Assembly (NCBI GenBank): GCA_050290185.1
Contig: JBNKHE010000002.1
Span: forward strand, 96,001 to 160,000
Length of the DNA: 64,000 bases
Reading direction: 5' to 3'
Source: Pontiella sp.
GTDB taxonomy: Bacteria; Verrucomicrobiota; Kiritimatiellia; Kiritimatiellales; Pontiellaceae
In this document: positions 26,841 through 37,563 of the stretch, in pieces
How positions within the stretch are numbered: the first letter of the stretch is position 1
Layout: every line of letters begins with the position of its first letter
Notes under the pieces: model-generated
Database searches by the model: none
What the model was told of the DNA's origin: nothing
Seen by the model: only the letters and a program-made list of their open reading frames with translations
Translations under genes and position numbers: made by a program

Positions 26841-28376
26841 TCAAACCCAAAGCTGCCGGTCGAGCGTGCGGTACTGGATGGCTTCGGCCACGTGGTTGGC
26901 CTCGATGGTTTCGGCATCTGCGAGGTCGGCAATGGTGCGGGCAACCTTGAGGATGCGGTCGTAGGCGCGGGCACTGAAGTTGAGATCGGACATCGACGTG
27001 CGCAGGATTTGCTCGGCGTCCGGCTCCAGCCGGCAGACCTGATGCAGGGTCTTGCTGCGCATGTTGGCGTTGCAGTGCGTGCCGGGCTGTTTCCGGTAGC
27101 GTTCCTGCTGAATCTCCCTGGCACGAACGACGCGATCGCGGATGGCGGACGACGGCTCGCCCTTTTCGAGTCGGGTCAACTGCTCATAGGCAATGGCAGG
27201 CACCTCGACATGGATATCGATGCGGTCGAGCAGCGGGCCGGAAATCTTGCTGCGGTAACGCGCGATCTGCGTCGGCGAGCAACGGCACTCGCGCTTGGGA
27301 TCGGTCTGGTAACCGCACGGGCACGGGTTCATCGCGGCCACGAGCATGAAGCGGCAGGGATAGGTGACGCTGGCGGCGGCGCGGGCGATGGTCACCTCGC
27401 CGTCTTCCAACGGCTGGCGCATCACTTCCAGCACGCTGCGCTGGAATTCGGGCAACTCGTCGAGAAACAGCACGCCGTTGTGACCGAGACTGACTGCGCC
27501 GGGCATCGGGTTGGTGCCGCCACCAAGTAGACCGGCATCGGAAATGGTGTGGTGCGGCGAATGGAACGGACGCCGCGCCACCAGCGCCTGATGCGATTTG
27601 AGCGACCCGGAGATGCTGTGGATCTTGGTCGTTTCCAGTGCCTCGTCGAGCGACATCGACGGGAGGATCGACGGAATCCGTTTGGCCAGCATGCTCTTAC
27701 CCGTTCCGGGCGGGCCGATCATCAGTAGATTGTGCCCGCCGCTCACCGCCACTTCCAATGCGCGCTTGGCAAACTCCTGTCCCTTTACGTCGGCAAAGTC
27801 ATCTTCATAGAGACTGTTGGCCTCGAAGACGGAACGAATGTCGAGCTCATAGGGATCCAGCTTGATGTCCTGATTGAGAAAATCGGCCGCCTCGCGCAGG
27901 TTGCGGACGGGAAATACCTTGATCCCGTCGACTACCGCCGCTTCTTCGGCGTTTTCGGCGGGCACCATCATCGCTTTGTAGCCGGCATTGCGCGCCATGA
28001 GCGTGATCGGCAGAATTCCGCGAACCCGGCGCACCGCACCACTAAGCGCCAGCTCCCCCACCACACAGATGCGGGATAGCAAATCATCCTTGATGTCTTC
28101 GAGCGCGGCGATAATACCGAGCGCGATGGGCAAATCGAAGCTGGGCCCCTCCTTCTTCATGTCGGCCGGAGCGAGATTGATGGTGGTACGGCCCATCGGC
28201 GGCCGGAAACCGGAATTGATCATCGCCGTCCAGACCCGATCGGAGCTTTCCTTCACGGCGGCATCGGGCAGACCGACGATCACCACCTTGGGCTCGCCGT
28301 GCCCGGCATTCACCTCGATCTCGACAGGAAACGCCTCGATCCCCACCACCGCTCCGGAATTGATTTGTGAAAGCAT
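26841..28376 (-). CDS. comM: YifB/ComM-family AAA+ ATPase
   Basis: VGLPDAAVKES, INLAPADMKKEGPSFDLPIA, GPPGTGKS, PHHTIS, LFLDELPEF, AAMNPCPCG, SARAYDR; ATG 28376. Confidence 0.93.
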   Translation of the reverse strand: MLSQINSGAVVGIEAFPVEIEVNAGHGEPKVVIVGLPDAAVKESSDRVWTAMINSGFRPPMGRTTINLAPADMKKEGPSFDLPIALGIIAALEDIKDDLLSRICVVGELALSGAVRRVRGILPITLMARNAGYKAMMVPAENAEEAAVVDGIKVFPVRNLREAADFLNQDIKLDPYELDIRSVFEANSLYEDDFADVKGQEFAKRALEVAVSGGHNLLMIGPPGTGKSMLAKRIPSILPSMSLDEALETTKIHSISGSLKSHQALVARRPFHSPHHTISDAGLLGGGTNPMPGAVSLGHNGVLFLDELPEFQRSVLEVMRQPLEDGEVTIARAAASVTYPCRFMLVAAMNPCPCGYQTDPKRECRCSPTQIARYRSKISGPLLDRIDIHVEVPAIAYEQLTRLEKGEPSSAIRDRVVRAREIQQERYRKQPGTHCNANMRSKTLHQVCRLEPDAEQILRTSMSDLNFSARAYDRILKVARTIADLADAETIEANHVAEAIQYRTLDRQLWV

Positions 28377-28502
28377 GCCTTCCCCTTGCGCAAACAGAGG
28401 AAACATTAACCCTTTTCCAGTTCATGTTACTAGAAATTCTTTATGCAAGTATGGTATTTACACACAAAGACACCACTACCCGCAACCGGGGTTCGTACGC
28501 CG

Positions 28503-31500
28503 CTACGGCTCGGTTCCAAGGAGATAGAACCGATACGGCGATTCAGCCGAACTGTTCGTGAAGCCGAGTGTGCCACCCGTACCGGGGATCGGCGTTCCAA
28601 GCGGAATCCATGAGGCGTCCAGCAAATGGTCCTTGTAGTATATCTGGTAATTCAATCCGCTGATCGAAGACCAACTAAACACAACGTTTGTTCCGCTGGC
28701 CTGTACCTCGCCCAGAACCGGTCCATCCGCGGGGATCGCATTGGAGGAGCCAGGCGTTGGAGACGATAGCGAAAGGATCGTATCGCCACCAGCGGGATAA
28801 CGCCCTTCCGACAGATCGGCCGTCTGCACCCCGAACGAGACGGTATCAATCTCCCGGCCATCCGGCGCATACAACCCGATAGACTCGCCTCCTTTGTCCA
28901 ACGAGAAACCGGTATGCAGAGCGGGTTGGTTGGTGGAGTTCTGTTCCGGTTCCCCGTCGGCCCAGACCAGCAGGTAGCCGTCTGGAGGGATGGAGTAGTG
29001 TCCATTGTCCGGAATCTGGAATTCGAACGGGTTGGAAAGCTCGTCGGTCAGGTAGCATCCGCCGAGATCGACGGCAGTGGTTCCCGGGTTGTACAGCTCG
29101 AACCAGTCCTCGTAATCGCCATCAGCCGGGTCGGCCAACGTGACATCGTTGTCCGCCATCCATTCGTTGATAACGATGGCGTCCAACGGGTCCGTGATAA
29201 CTTCAGTGCTGATCACCGTCAGTGCGGCGCTCGCTCCAGGAACGGGATCACCGAACCGGTCCACACCTGCAATCGACAAATTGTTCGTGCCGGGAAGCAG
29301 CGGCACCGTCATGCTCCATGCTGTGACACTCGTCCAGTCGAGCGGATAGCCTACGCCGTTGACCAGAATATCGGCAACCTGTAGCGGCGCAGTACCGGTC
29401 AGGACCACGCTGTTGCTCGAGACCGAGAACGAGGGGGAACCGTCGACAGCAAAATCGGCGGATGGCAGTATGCCCTGGAGATAGGTGCGGCGAGCGGAAA
29501 TGAAATTGATGATGGATTGTGGAGAAGCTACCGACACGCCGTTCTTCAGAAGGTTTTGATAACGTTCGTTCAAGATCGCGCCGGCAACACCGGGTGCCAT
29601 CGGCCCATCGACCGCTTCCTGGAAAGCCATAAGGTATTCCCTGTGGATCGATGAAATCGAGGTGATCATGTTGAACAGCACCGAGTCCTGGCTCCAGTAG
29701 ATGCTCTCGGTCGTGCCATGGCTCCCGTTACCGAGGGCCAGTTCAATATCCCACATCAGCAGGCGCCATCCGTTGCCGTCCGGCTTGAAGGCATACATAT
29801 TCTTGCCGCGGTCGTAGGCATAGCTGTCCCAGCTCCCGCAAACATGGTGCGTTACGATGGGACGAAGGAAATTGCGCACATCCATCCTGTCATGCACCCG
29901 GTCTTCCCAATCCGGCGATGCGCTGTTATTAACCGCCACCACCAGATTGGTAAAGTTGAACCAGTTTTCATGATCCCGGGTCGCGCGCGGTCGCCAACTC
30001 CAGCGATACCACTTCAGGTCGATGCCTCCCGTGCTCTTGTTTACCAGCCCGATGCGGCCGTACACACTGCCCTGGTCGACAAAGTTGTCGGCAAACTCGA
30101 ACCAGCTTTCGATCTTGCGTAGCTCCGTCTGCGAGTCGTCGGGGAAATATTCGTCGAGCATTTCACTGTTGGGTTGCTGGGTATCCAGATAAATACTTCC
30201 GCGTTCATTGCCGTTAACCATCATGTGCATATGGCGCCGGTAGTTGTACTGCTGTCCCAGCTTTCGTGCAATCCAGGTGCCGGTCAGGTCAACCTGTGTG
30301 GTTGAATCATACCAGAAGCTGCCGTTATCGTCTTCCGCCTGGATAACAAACGGCTCCGAACCCAGAAAGCGTTCGCCCGGCTGGAAATTAACTTCATAGT
30401 CACAGGCGAAGGAGCCCACAGGCCCATTATAGGCAGGCGTATGGAACGGACTGGCGCTGTACATGGTGCCGACGTTGTAGACCACCCGGTGGTTTCCATA
30501 GACAAACGTCGCATCAATCGGGTCGTTGGCATTCTTCTCGCGACTGCCCCAGAAACTGAGATTGGTTGCCGTTACCCACAACCGATACGTGCCGAGGCCG
30601 CCGGCAAGTTGTGATTCTCCCCAGCCCACCAGGCATTCATGCGCCGGGGCATTTGCCGGGAATTGCGAACTTGCGGAACCATCGGAGCCCGAAATATAGA
30701 ACGCAACCAGCGTGCCGTCCGAATGGCCTGCCAGGGTCGCCGAATAGAGGCCGTCGCCGGCAACGGCATCGCCGCCGGTGCCGGCGTCATTCATGGTCGT
30801 GGTGGAATACGATGCCGACGGATCAATACGGTAGTGAAGCGTCAGCAAGGAGATCCCGTCCGGATCGGTGGCGCGTGCGGTCACCACCACCGCTTCGTCC
30901 GCCGCCGGAAGAACGGGGCTGTGCGCAACATCGTAGATGGCCGGTCCCGCATTGGCGACGAGCCGTGAGTTGGCCTGCCCCGGTGTTCCGCAATTGTCCG
31001 GAACCTCCAGACCCTGGCTGGCTTCCATCCAGTTGCCGCGCAGCCGGAAAAGGATCTGTTTCGCCCCCTTCAGCCAACGCACCTTGGCCCGGATGGTTCC
31101 CGTATCCGATCCCGTGATCGCAGGGACGGCGGAAAGATTGTTGTAGGCCTTGTTGCAACCCGTGTCACCACGTGCAACGGAAACCAGATGCAGCGCATCC
31201 GAACCACTGACGCCGATTCCACTTTCGACATAGGAGTTCCGAACAACGCCTCCAAAGCCCCAGCTGGAGGAACCACTTGAAAAATCGCCATTCTGAACAA
31301 GACTGGCCCCGCCGTTATTCAGGAATTCGACGTCATCGACCTGCACTTCACCGGCCCCCTGCAACAACAGTTCGAGACGGTTGCAATCGGCAGCCTCACC
31401 ATAGCTTCCTCCTTCATCCACCACGGAGGCCGCCTGCCCGTTTTCCAGAATCTCCGTAACGTCGACGGTCGTCCACGGCGCCTTGGCCGTTTCATCGCTG

Positions 31501-34500
31501 TCGGCCCAGCTGGCAGGCTGGCGATTGTCGGCGTCGGGATCGATCAGCTCCAGCGAGCTGCCACCACCGTCGCTCCATTCCCCCCAACGACCTCCGTCTA
31601 GATAAGTCACCTCCTCTACCGGAATGTAGAAGATGTTGGTGGTTGCCACATTCTGGCTATTGGTTGAGATCAAGTCCTCCCACATCGAGAGGCGGATCGT
31701 GTCACTCGAATTGCCAAGAGATCCGATGTAGTTGCCGTAGGTGTTCGCACTGTTGAGCTGGGTGTATTTCGCGATCAGGTTGGTGGCGTTTTCGGCCACC
31801 ACCAGATACCCATGGCCGGCGATGAGCGAGTTGCTTGGAAATTCGTAGGAAATGCCGCCCTGCAGCTTCCATCCCGAGAGATCCACCGGACTGCCGGTGC
31901 GGTTGTACAGCTCGATATATTCATCGTTCTTCGAATCGGAAATGGGGTGATACATGATTTCATTGATCACAACCGGCCGCTGCAAGGGCACTGTATTGGC
32001 GCTGCCTTCCGTTACGGAAGCCATAGCCTGGAATCCGGGGGCTCCGTCGGGATAGCGGCCTTCGGACACCCCGTTCTCCTGGCCGCGGAAGGAGACGGCG
32101 TCGATGACGCGCGTCTGGTTGGAATTGACCAGAAAGATCTGTTCACCATCGGCCGATAGCGCAAAGCCAAGTTCGTTCTGATCGAAAGCAAGGAAACCGC
32201 GGGCGGCGATGTAGGTACTGTCGGCGATACGGTATTTGTTGGTGCCGGCTTTATCGCTCAGCCATGCTCCGGACAGGTCGATTGGTGCAGCCGTTGTATT
32301 GAACAGTTCGACATAATCGATCTGCGGCAAGTCGGTGTGCGCGAGGTATTCGTTGATCACCACGCCGCGGGCGGGTTCGCTGCTATATCCATCGAATGTG
32401 CCGGGCGCCCCGCCGATCCGGTCGCTGGCCGACCACGCGCGCGGATCGCCTTCGCCATAGCTCGGATGGCTCAGCACCAGCGAATGGCCCGTGCCGAAGG
32501 CGGCCACAGGCCATGGCGCCTTGTCGTTGTAGTCCACCTCCAGCAGGATGCCGTCGAGTTCGTTGCGGAAACGCAGAAGTCCCCCGGAGTTCGACAGCTT
32601 GCCGTCGTAGGGGCCGAGGCAATCGACACCGTAGAACGCCTGCGCCGCAACGGGATCCTTGGCCACCACTAGGAACTGGCCCGGAGCCAAGGTCGTGCCG
32701 TCGGGGAAGGTGTAGTCGATCTCGCCGCTGAAACGGTGTCTGGTCAGGTCTTCGGTAATCAGGCCGGTGTTGTAGAGTTCGACAAACTCCAGGCTGTTCG
32801 TGCCGCCCCATTCGGAGGGCGTGTCGACCATGATTTCGCTGATCACCATCGCGCCGCGGCGGCTGCTCGGTCCCAGCGGTTCGAAGGGAAGCTCCAAGCT
32901 CGACGCAATCGCGCCGCTGCCGGTGGACTCGTCACGGTAGTTGGCGGTGATCGCAGTGGAGGTCTCTCCGGAGGCGAGGGCCAATCCCACCTCGATGCTG
33001 CCCGACATGGCAATGGTCGCCGATCCAAGCCGCTGCCACGACGACCCATCGATTCCCGCAAAACCTTCAAACAGGTTTCCGGTTCGGCGCAAGCGTAGCC
33101 ACATGCAGGGAAAACTGGTTGGGAAATATCCTTCCATGCTGGAGGTTCCACCCGTCGAACTGCGCGACATGAATTGACAGCCAACCGGTCCCGGCGTGGT
33201 GAAAACGGCGGCGAACACATCATCCACATCCAGCCCGTCGCGCGCCATCAGCCCCGCCCGCGCCCAGGCATCGGAAAACTCCATACCATCCAGACGCACC
33301 TGTATGTCGAAATCTCCTGAATAGGTTTTATGGCTGAAGCCGAACTCGTCGGCGGCGTCGCCGATTCCGCTGCCCGAGGCCGTGAGATCCACTCCTCCAT
33401 CCACGCCGCCCAAGACACTGGCGCTGCCGGGCGAACCGATGTCGTCCACCACATAGGGTAGAGCCACAAAGGTGGCCTGGCTGTCGGCCGCGATGGTATT
33501 GGCTGAGCTGGAACGGTCCTGCACGGTGGAAACGTGCAGTGTGTAGGTGACGCCGAGGGTTTGCTGGACGGTGTTCAGAATCACGGAAGAGGTATCCTCC
33601 CCGAATACCGCATCGGTGATGGCCAACGATCCAGTGGGCGATGAAATGGAATAGTTACCCGTGTCCAAGGCCATCGCAGGGCTTACGCCCTCGTTGAAGG
33701 CCACTTTGACCCCGTCGGGGAAAATGCTCACGGCGCGAACCAAGACGGGCGCATTGGTGTCGGCAAGAACGGTCAGCGTTGCGCTGCTGCTCGTGTCGAG
33801 ATAGGGAGTACCGAGATAGAGGTTTGCGGCAACGGCATGAAACATCGCCCCGTTGTCGGCCAGCGTGGTTTCCGCGATGGTGTAGCTGGAGTTTGTTGCC
33901 CCTGATATGGGTGAAGAGTTCCTGTACCACTGCACATACACCGGAGGCGTGCCGCTGTACTTGATCTCAAACGAAGCGGAATGGGATTCCTCTACGGTCT
34001 GGCTATCGGGCTGTCCCACGATCCCGACAGGGCCTGTAGCCGCCACATCGGGGCCCCATTCATGGTTTTTCAGTACTTCCGCCGCTGTCAGTGCGCCGTC
34101 GTAGATACGGAACTCGTCTATGCTGCCAAAAAAATATGGATCCGACCAGTTGGACCGGCCGATATAGTTGTTCACCGTGTATCCCATGTCCGAAGGCGCG
34201 ATGGTCATCCCTGTGTTTTGGGCGACAAGTTCACCGTCCACATAGAGCTTGCCGGTCGTTGAGGCATGGTCGTATGTCCAGACCACATGGACAGGAATCC
34301 CGGTCGGGAGACGCGTGCCCGACCATTCCATCCGCTGCTCGCTCCCGCCGTTTTTGATCGCCCCGCGCAACGCACCGGAACTAGCCTGGGGAGTGAGAAA
34401 CATGTTAACGCTTGTGTTGTTGCCAAAATCGAAGATCCGCGCCCAAGTCGAGCTGCCCAAATCGGTTAGCCAGCATTCCACGGTAATCGAATCAAGACTG

Positions 34501-34721
34501 GAGAGGAGCCCGTTCGGCAGGTCCACATAGGCCCCGGATCCGTTCAGGTCCACCGAACCTCCACTGATGGACGCACTGCCCTTCAACGTGCCATCCGCCG
34601 TCCCCACCCCATCCGCAACATCGTTGGAAAAGTCGTAGCGATGAAGCAGGTCGGCCCCGAGGGAATGTCCTCCGAGCGCAAGAAATCCAAAAAAAACCAA
34701 CAGCTTTATTCTACGACGCAT
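28503..34721 (-). CDS. About 2070-aa secreted multidomain protein: LamG, Ig-like, four lamin-tail domains, CotH-like kinase
   Basis: Signal peptide from ATG 34721; LamG (WARIFDFG, GSIDEFRIY); VISEIM/VINEYL/VINEIM/VINEWM...ELYN repeats; CotH-like WDSY...KNMY...LMWDIE. Confidence 0.82.
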   Translation of the reverse strand: MRRRIKLLVFFGFLALGGHSLGADLLHRYDFSNDVADGVGTADGTLKGSASISGGSVDLNGSGAYVDLPNGLLSSLDSITVECWLTDLGSSTWARIFDFGNNTSVNMFLTPQASSGALRGAIKNGGSEQRMEWSGTRLPTGIPVHVVWTYDHASTTGKLYVDGELVAQNTGMTIAPSDMGYTVNNYIGRSNWSDPYFFGSIDEFRIYDGALTAAEVLKNHEWGPDVAATGPVGIVGQPDSQTVEESHSASFEIKYSGTPPVYVQWYRNSSPISGATNSSYTIAETTLADNGAMFHAVAANLYLGTPYLDTSSSATLTVLADTNAPVLVRAVSIFPDGVKVAFNEGVSPAMALDTGNYSISSPTGSLAITDAVFGEDTSSVILNTVQQTLGVTYTLHVSTVQDRSSSANTIAADSQATFVALPYVVDDIGSPGSASVLGGVDGGVDLTASGSGIGDAADEFGFSHKTYSGDFDIQVRLDGMEFSDAWARAGLMARDGLDVDDVFAAVFTTPGPVGCQFMSRSSTGGTSSMEGYFPTSFPCMWLRLRRTGNLFEGFAGIDGSSWQRLGSATIAMSGSIEVGLALASGETSTAITANYRDESTGSGAIASSLELPFEPLGPSSRRGAMVISEIMVDTPSEWGGTNSLEFVELYNTGLITEDLTRHRFSGEIDYTFPDGTTLAPGQFLVVAKDPVAAQAFYGVDCLGPYDGKLSNSGGLLRFRNELDGILLEVDYNDKAPWPVAAFGTGHSLVLSHPSYGEGDPRAWSASDRIGGAPGTFDGYSSEPARGVVINEYLAHTDLPQIDYVELFNTTAAPIDLSGAWLSDKAGTNKYRIADSTYIAARGFLAFDQNELGFALSADGEQIFLVNSNQTRVIDAVSFRGQENGVSEGRYPDGAPGFQAMASVTEGSANTVPLQRPVVINEIMYHPISDSKNDEYIELYNRTGSPVDLSGWKLQGGISYEFPSNSLIAGHGYLVVAENATNLIAKYTQLNSANTYGNYIGSLGNSSDTIRLSMWEDLISTNSQNVATTNIFYIPVEEVTYLDGGRWGEWSDGGGSSLELIDPDADNRQPASWADSDETAKAPWTTVDVTEILENGQAASVVDEGGSYGEAADCNRLELLLQGAGEVQVDDVEFLNNGGASLVQNGDFSSGSSSWGFGGVVRNSYVESGIGVSGSDALHLVSVARGDTGCNKAYNNLSAVPAITGSDTGTIRAKVRWLKGAKQILFRLRGNWMEASQGLEVPDNCGTPGQANSRLVANAGPAIYDVAHSPVLPAADEAVVVTARATDPDGISLLTLHYRIDPSASYSTTTMNDAGTGGDAVAGDGLYSATLAGHSDGTLVAFYISGSDGSASSQFPANAPAHECLVGWGESQLAGGLGTYRLWVTATNLSFWGSREKNANDPIDATFVYGNHRVVYNVGTMYSASPFHTPAYNGPVGSFACDYEVNFQPGERFLGSEPFVIQAEDDNGSFWYDSTTQVDLTGTWIARKLGQQYNYRRHMHMMVNGNERGSIYLDTQQPNSEMLDEYFPDDSQTELRKIESWFEFADNFVDQGSVYGRIGLVNKSTGGIDLKWYRWSWRPRATRDHENWFNFTNLVVAVNNSASPDWEDRVHDRMDVRNFLRPIVTHHVCGSWDSYAYDRGKNMYAFKPDGNGWRLLMWDIELALGNGSHGTTESIYWSQDSVLFNMITSISSIHREYLMAFQEAVDGPMAPGVAGAILNERYQNLLKNGVSVASPQSIINFISARRTYLQGILPSADFAVDGSPSFSVSSNSVVLTGTAPLQVADILVNGVGYPLDWTSVTAWSMTVPLLPGTNNLSIAGVDRFGDPVPGASAALTVISTEVITDPLDAIVINEWMADNDVTLADPADGDYEDWFELYNPGTTAVDLGGCYLTDELSNPFEFQIPDNGHYSIPPDGYLLVWADGEPEQNSTNQPALHTGFSLDKGGESIGLYAPDGREIDTVSFGVQTADLSEGRYPAGGDTILSLSSPTPGSSNAIPADGPVLGEVQASGTNVVFSWSSISGLNYQIYYKDHLLDASWIPLGTPIPGTGGTLGFTNSSAESPYRFYLLGTEP

Positions 34722-35035
34722 AATAACTCCAAACAGAAATTGTCCACCACACACCGGCCTCCGTTGAAACCCGGAAAGTGAACCCGCATATACTGAAGAT
34801 ATCCAGATGCCAAAAACGATACGTTGTGACGAAACGGGCTCACAGTACACTAACTAGCTCCATACCACATAGCCCTATATATAAATAACGATAAACAGAA
34901 GCCCAAACCCCGCGTGCCTTATTATCTCTTTTAAGCGATTACGGTCGGCTGCCGCCTGGATCGCTCCTGCTTCCGCAACAATTTTGCGCGCATTTTTCCA
35001 GACATTGGAAACGCGCTGCCCTAAGCTCTCAATTC

Positions 35036-37477
35036 TTGAGAAAAATGAACTTTTCGGGACAGACAGGAACTAATGAACCAACAAAAGATACCCAGTCCAT
35101 GAGCGCACACGAAGATACCGACAACGTAGAGATTGAAATCGTACCCGAACAGGAGGTTCCGGACATCCTTCCGGTCATGCCGTTGAAGAACTTTGTCCTG
35201 TTCCCGCAGATGGTTGCCCCGCTGGTGATCACTTCGGACGAGTCGAAGAAGCTGGTGACCGAACTATCGACCCGGACGCCGCATTTCATTACGGCCCTGC
35301 AACGCCGGGACGAGATTGACGAAACCAACATCACGAAGGATGATCTCTATCGCATCGGCTGTGTGGCCCGTCTGATCAAGACCTTGAACTTCCCCGACGG
35401 ATCGACCCATATCCTCGTCGAAGGCCTCTCTCGTTGCGAACTTCAGGATCTGTTGACCGAGGAAGAATACCCGACCGCGCATTATCAGATGATCGAGGAC
35501 GCCAAGGATGACTCGATCGAGCTCGAAGCACTGGCGCGCAATGCGTCCGAAAAATTCCAACAGGTGGTGACGATGTCACCCAACATGCCGGATGAGCTGA
35601 CCATTGCCATCTTCAACATGGGAACCCCATCTCAGCTTTCCGATTTAATTGCCACCAACCTGCCCATTCCTGTTGATGATCGGCAAAAGCTCCTGGCAGA
35701 TAATCACGTGGCCAGCCGGATCAAGACGTTGATGGAGTTCCTCAACCGCGAGCACGAAGTGTTGAAGCTCGGCAACAAGATCCAAAGCAAGGTCAACGAA
35801 ACCTTCTCCAAAACCCAACGCGAAATCTATCTGCGTGAACAGCTCAAAACCATTCAGGAGGAGTTGGGCGAAGACGATCCCCAGACCGCCGAAATTCTTG
35901 AACTGGAAAAGAAACTCGAAGAGGCCAAGCTTCCGGAAGAAGCGCAGAAGGCGGCCGACAAGGAACTGGAGCGGCTAAAGGCCGTTCCCTCCGCCTCGCC
36001 CGAGCACGGGGTGATCCGCACCTATCTAGACGTCATGGCCGAGCTTCCCTGGAACAGGGAAACGGAAGATCAGCTCGATATTCTCGCCGCCCGGAAGATT
36101 CTCGATAAGGATCACTACGGCCTCGAAAAGGTGAAGGAACGTATTCTCGAATACCTCTCCGTGCTCAAGCTCAAGAGGGATATGAAAGGCCCGATCCTCT
36201 GTCTCGCCGGACCGCCCGGCGTCGGCAAGACCTCGCTCGGAAAATCGGTCGCCCGCGCACTCGGACGCGAGTTCGTCCGCATGTCGCTCGGCGGCATGCA
36301 CGATGAAGCCGAAATCCGCGGCCACCGCCGCACCTATATCGGAGCCATGCCCGGTCGTATTATTGAAAGCGTACGGCGTTGCGGTGCGAACAACCCCGTC
36401 TTCATGCTCGATGAGATCGATAAGGTCGGCCAGGATTTCCGCGGAGATCCCGCCTCCGCCCTGCTCGAAGTGCTCGACCCCGAACAGAACAGCACCTTCC
36501 AGGATCACTATCTCGATGTGCAGTTTGACCTTTCCAAAGTGATGTTCATCACCACCGCCAATATGCTCGACACCATCCCCGGCCCGCTGCGCGACCGCAT
36601 GGAAGTCATTCGCCTGCCCGGCTACACCCTGCAGGAAAAGGTTCAGATTGCCCGCCGCTACCTTGTCCCGAAGGCGATTGCCGAGCACGGGCTCAAGAAA
36701 ACGCAGATCAAGTTCTCTCCGGAAGTGCTGGAAAAAATCATCGCCGGCTACACCGCCGAAGCCGGCGTCCGCAACCTCGAACGCCAAATCGCCAACGTGT
36801 GCCGCAAGGTGGCGCGCGGCTTTGCCGAAGGCAAGACCCGCGCGGTCGAGGTCACCGAACGCAAGCTCAAAGGGTTTCTCGGACCGGTGAAGATCGAGAA
36901 GGACGTGGCCGAAAACGCCGCCATGCCCGGCGTCGTGACCGGGCTGGCATGGACGCCCTACGGCGGCGATATTCTGTTCATCGAAGCTACCCGCATGGCC
37001 GGCAAAGGCGGACTGATCCTGACCGGCTCGCTCGGCGACGTCATGAAAGAGTCTGCCCGCGCCGCACTCAGCTATCTCAAGGCGAACGCCTCCACCTTCA
37101 AACTGGATGAAGAGCTGTTTGCCAAGAGCGACATCCATATCCATGTGCCTGCCGGTGCCACGCCGAAAGACGGTCCGTCGGCCGGCGTCGCCATTGCCCT
37201 TTCGATCCTCTCCATGCTGCTCGACCAACCGGTACGGCCCGACCTCGCCATGACCGGTGAGATCACTCTGCGCGGGCGGGTCATCCCCGTCGGAGGCGTG
37301 AAAGAAAAAGTGCTCGCCGCCGCCCGCGCCGGCATCAAGCACATCATGCTTCCGGAAAAAAACAAGGTCGACCTCGCTGAAATCCCGGCCGAGGTGAAAA
37401 AGAAACTGACCTTCAAGACCGTTAAGAATATCGACCAGGCCCTGCGCTATGCGCTGAAACTGTCCGAACAGGAATAA
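35036..37477 (+). CDS. lon: ATP-dependent Lon protease (start may be 35045 or 35099)
   Basis: DHYGLEKVKERILE, GPPGVGKTS, RGHRRTYIGAMPG, DEIDK, PKDGPSAG, GGVKEKV. Confidence 0.97.
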   Translation: MRKMNFSGQTGTNEPTKDTQSMSAHEDTDNVEIEIVPEQEVPDILPVMPLKNFVLFPQMVAPLVITSDESKKLVTELSTRTPHFITALQRRDEIDETNITKDDLYRIGCVARLIKTLNFPDGSTHILVEGLSRCELQDLLTEEEYPTAHYQMIEDAKDDSIELEALARNASEKFQQVVTMSPNMPDELTIAIFNMGTPSQLSDLIATNLPIPVDDRQKLLADNHVASRIKTLMEFLNREHEVLKLGNKIQSKVNETFSKTQREIYLREQLKTIQEELGEDDPQTAEILELEKKLEEAKLPEEAQKAADKELERLKAVPSASPEHGVIRTYLDVMAELPWNRETEDQLDILAARKILDKDHYGLEKVKERILEYLSVLKLKRDMKGPILCLAGPPGVGKTSLGKSVARALGREFVRMSLGGMHDEAEIRGHRRTYIGAMPGRIIESVRRCGANNPVFMLDEIDKVGQDFRGDPASALLEVLDPEQNSTFQDHYLDVQFDLSKVMFITTANMLDTIPGPLRDRMEVIRLPGYTLQEKVQIARRYLVPKAIAEHGLKKTQIKFSPEVLEKIIAGYTAEAGVRNLERQIANVCRKVARGFAEGKTRAVEVTERKLKGFLGPVKIEKDVAENAAMPGVVTGLAWTPYGGDILFIEATRMAGKGGLILTGSLGDVMKESARAALSYLKANASTFKLDEELFAKSDIHIHVPAGATPKDGPSAGVAIALSILSMLLDQPVRPDLAMTGEITLRGRVIPVGGVKEKVLAAARAGIKHIMLPEKNKVDLAEIPAEVKKKLTFKTVKNIDQALRYALKLSEQE

Positions 37478-37481
37478 GGAA

Positions 37482-37544
37482 GCCACGGACCAACACGGAT
37501 GAACACCGATCCAGTTCCGTGTTAATCCGTGTTCTTCGGTGACT
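37482..37544. repeat. Palindromic triplet-repeat element after lon
   Basis: CACGGAC caa CACGGAT gaa CACCGAT ... TTCCGTG tta ATCCGTG ttc TTCGGTG. Confidence 0.7.
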
Positions 37545-37563
37545 AATACCAGGAGAACATGTT

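Noticed and set aside
26841..28376. Magnesium chelatase subunit
   Set aside because: The Lon-like N-terminus and zinc motif identify YifB/ComM; no tetrapyrrole context
34819..34845. Third copy of the ECF promoter upstream of the CotH gene (CTGTGA-N16-CGTAT)
   Set aside because: Only the -10 box matches; the -35 differs from CAAAGA
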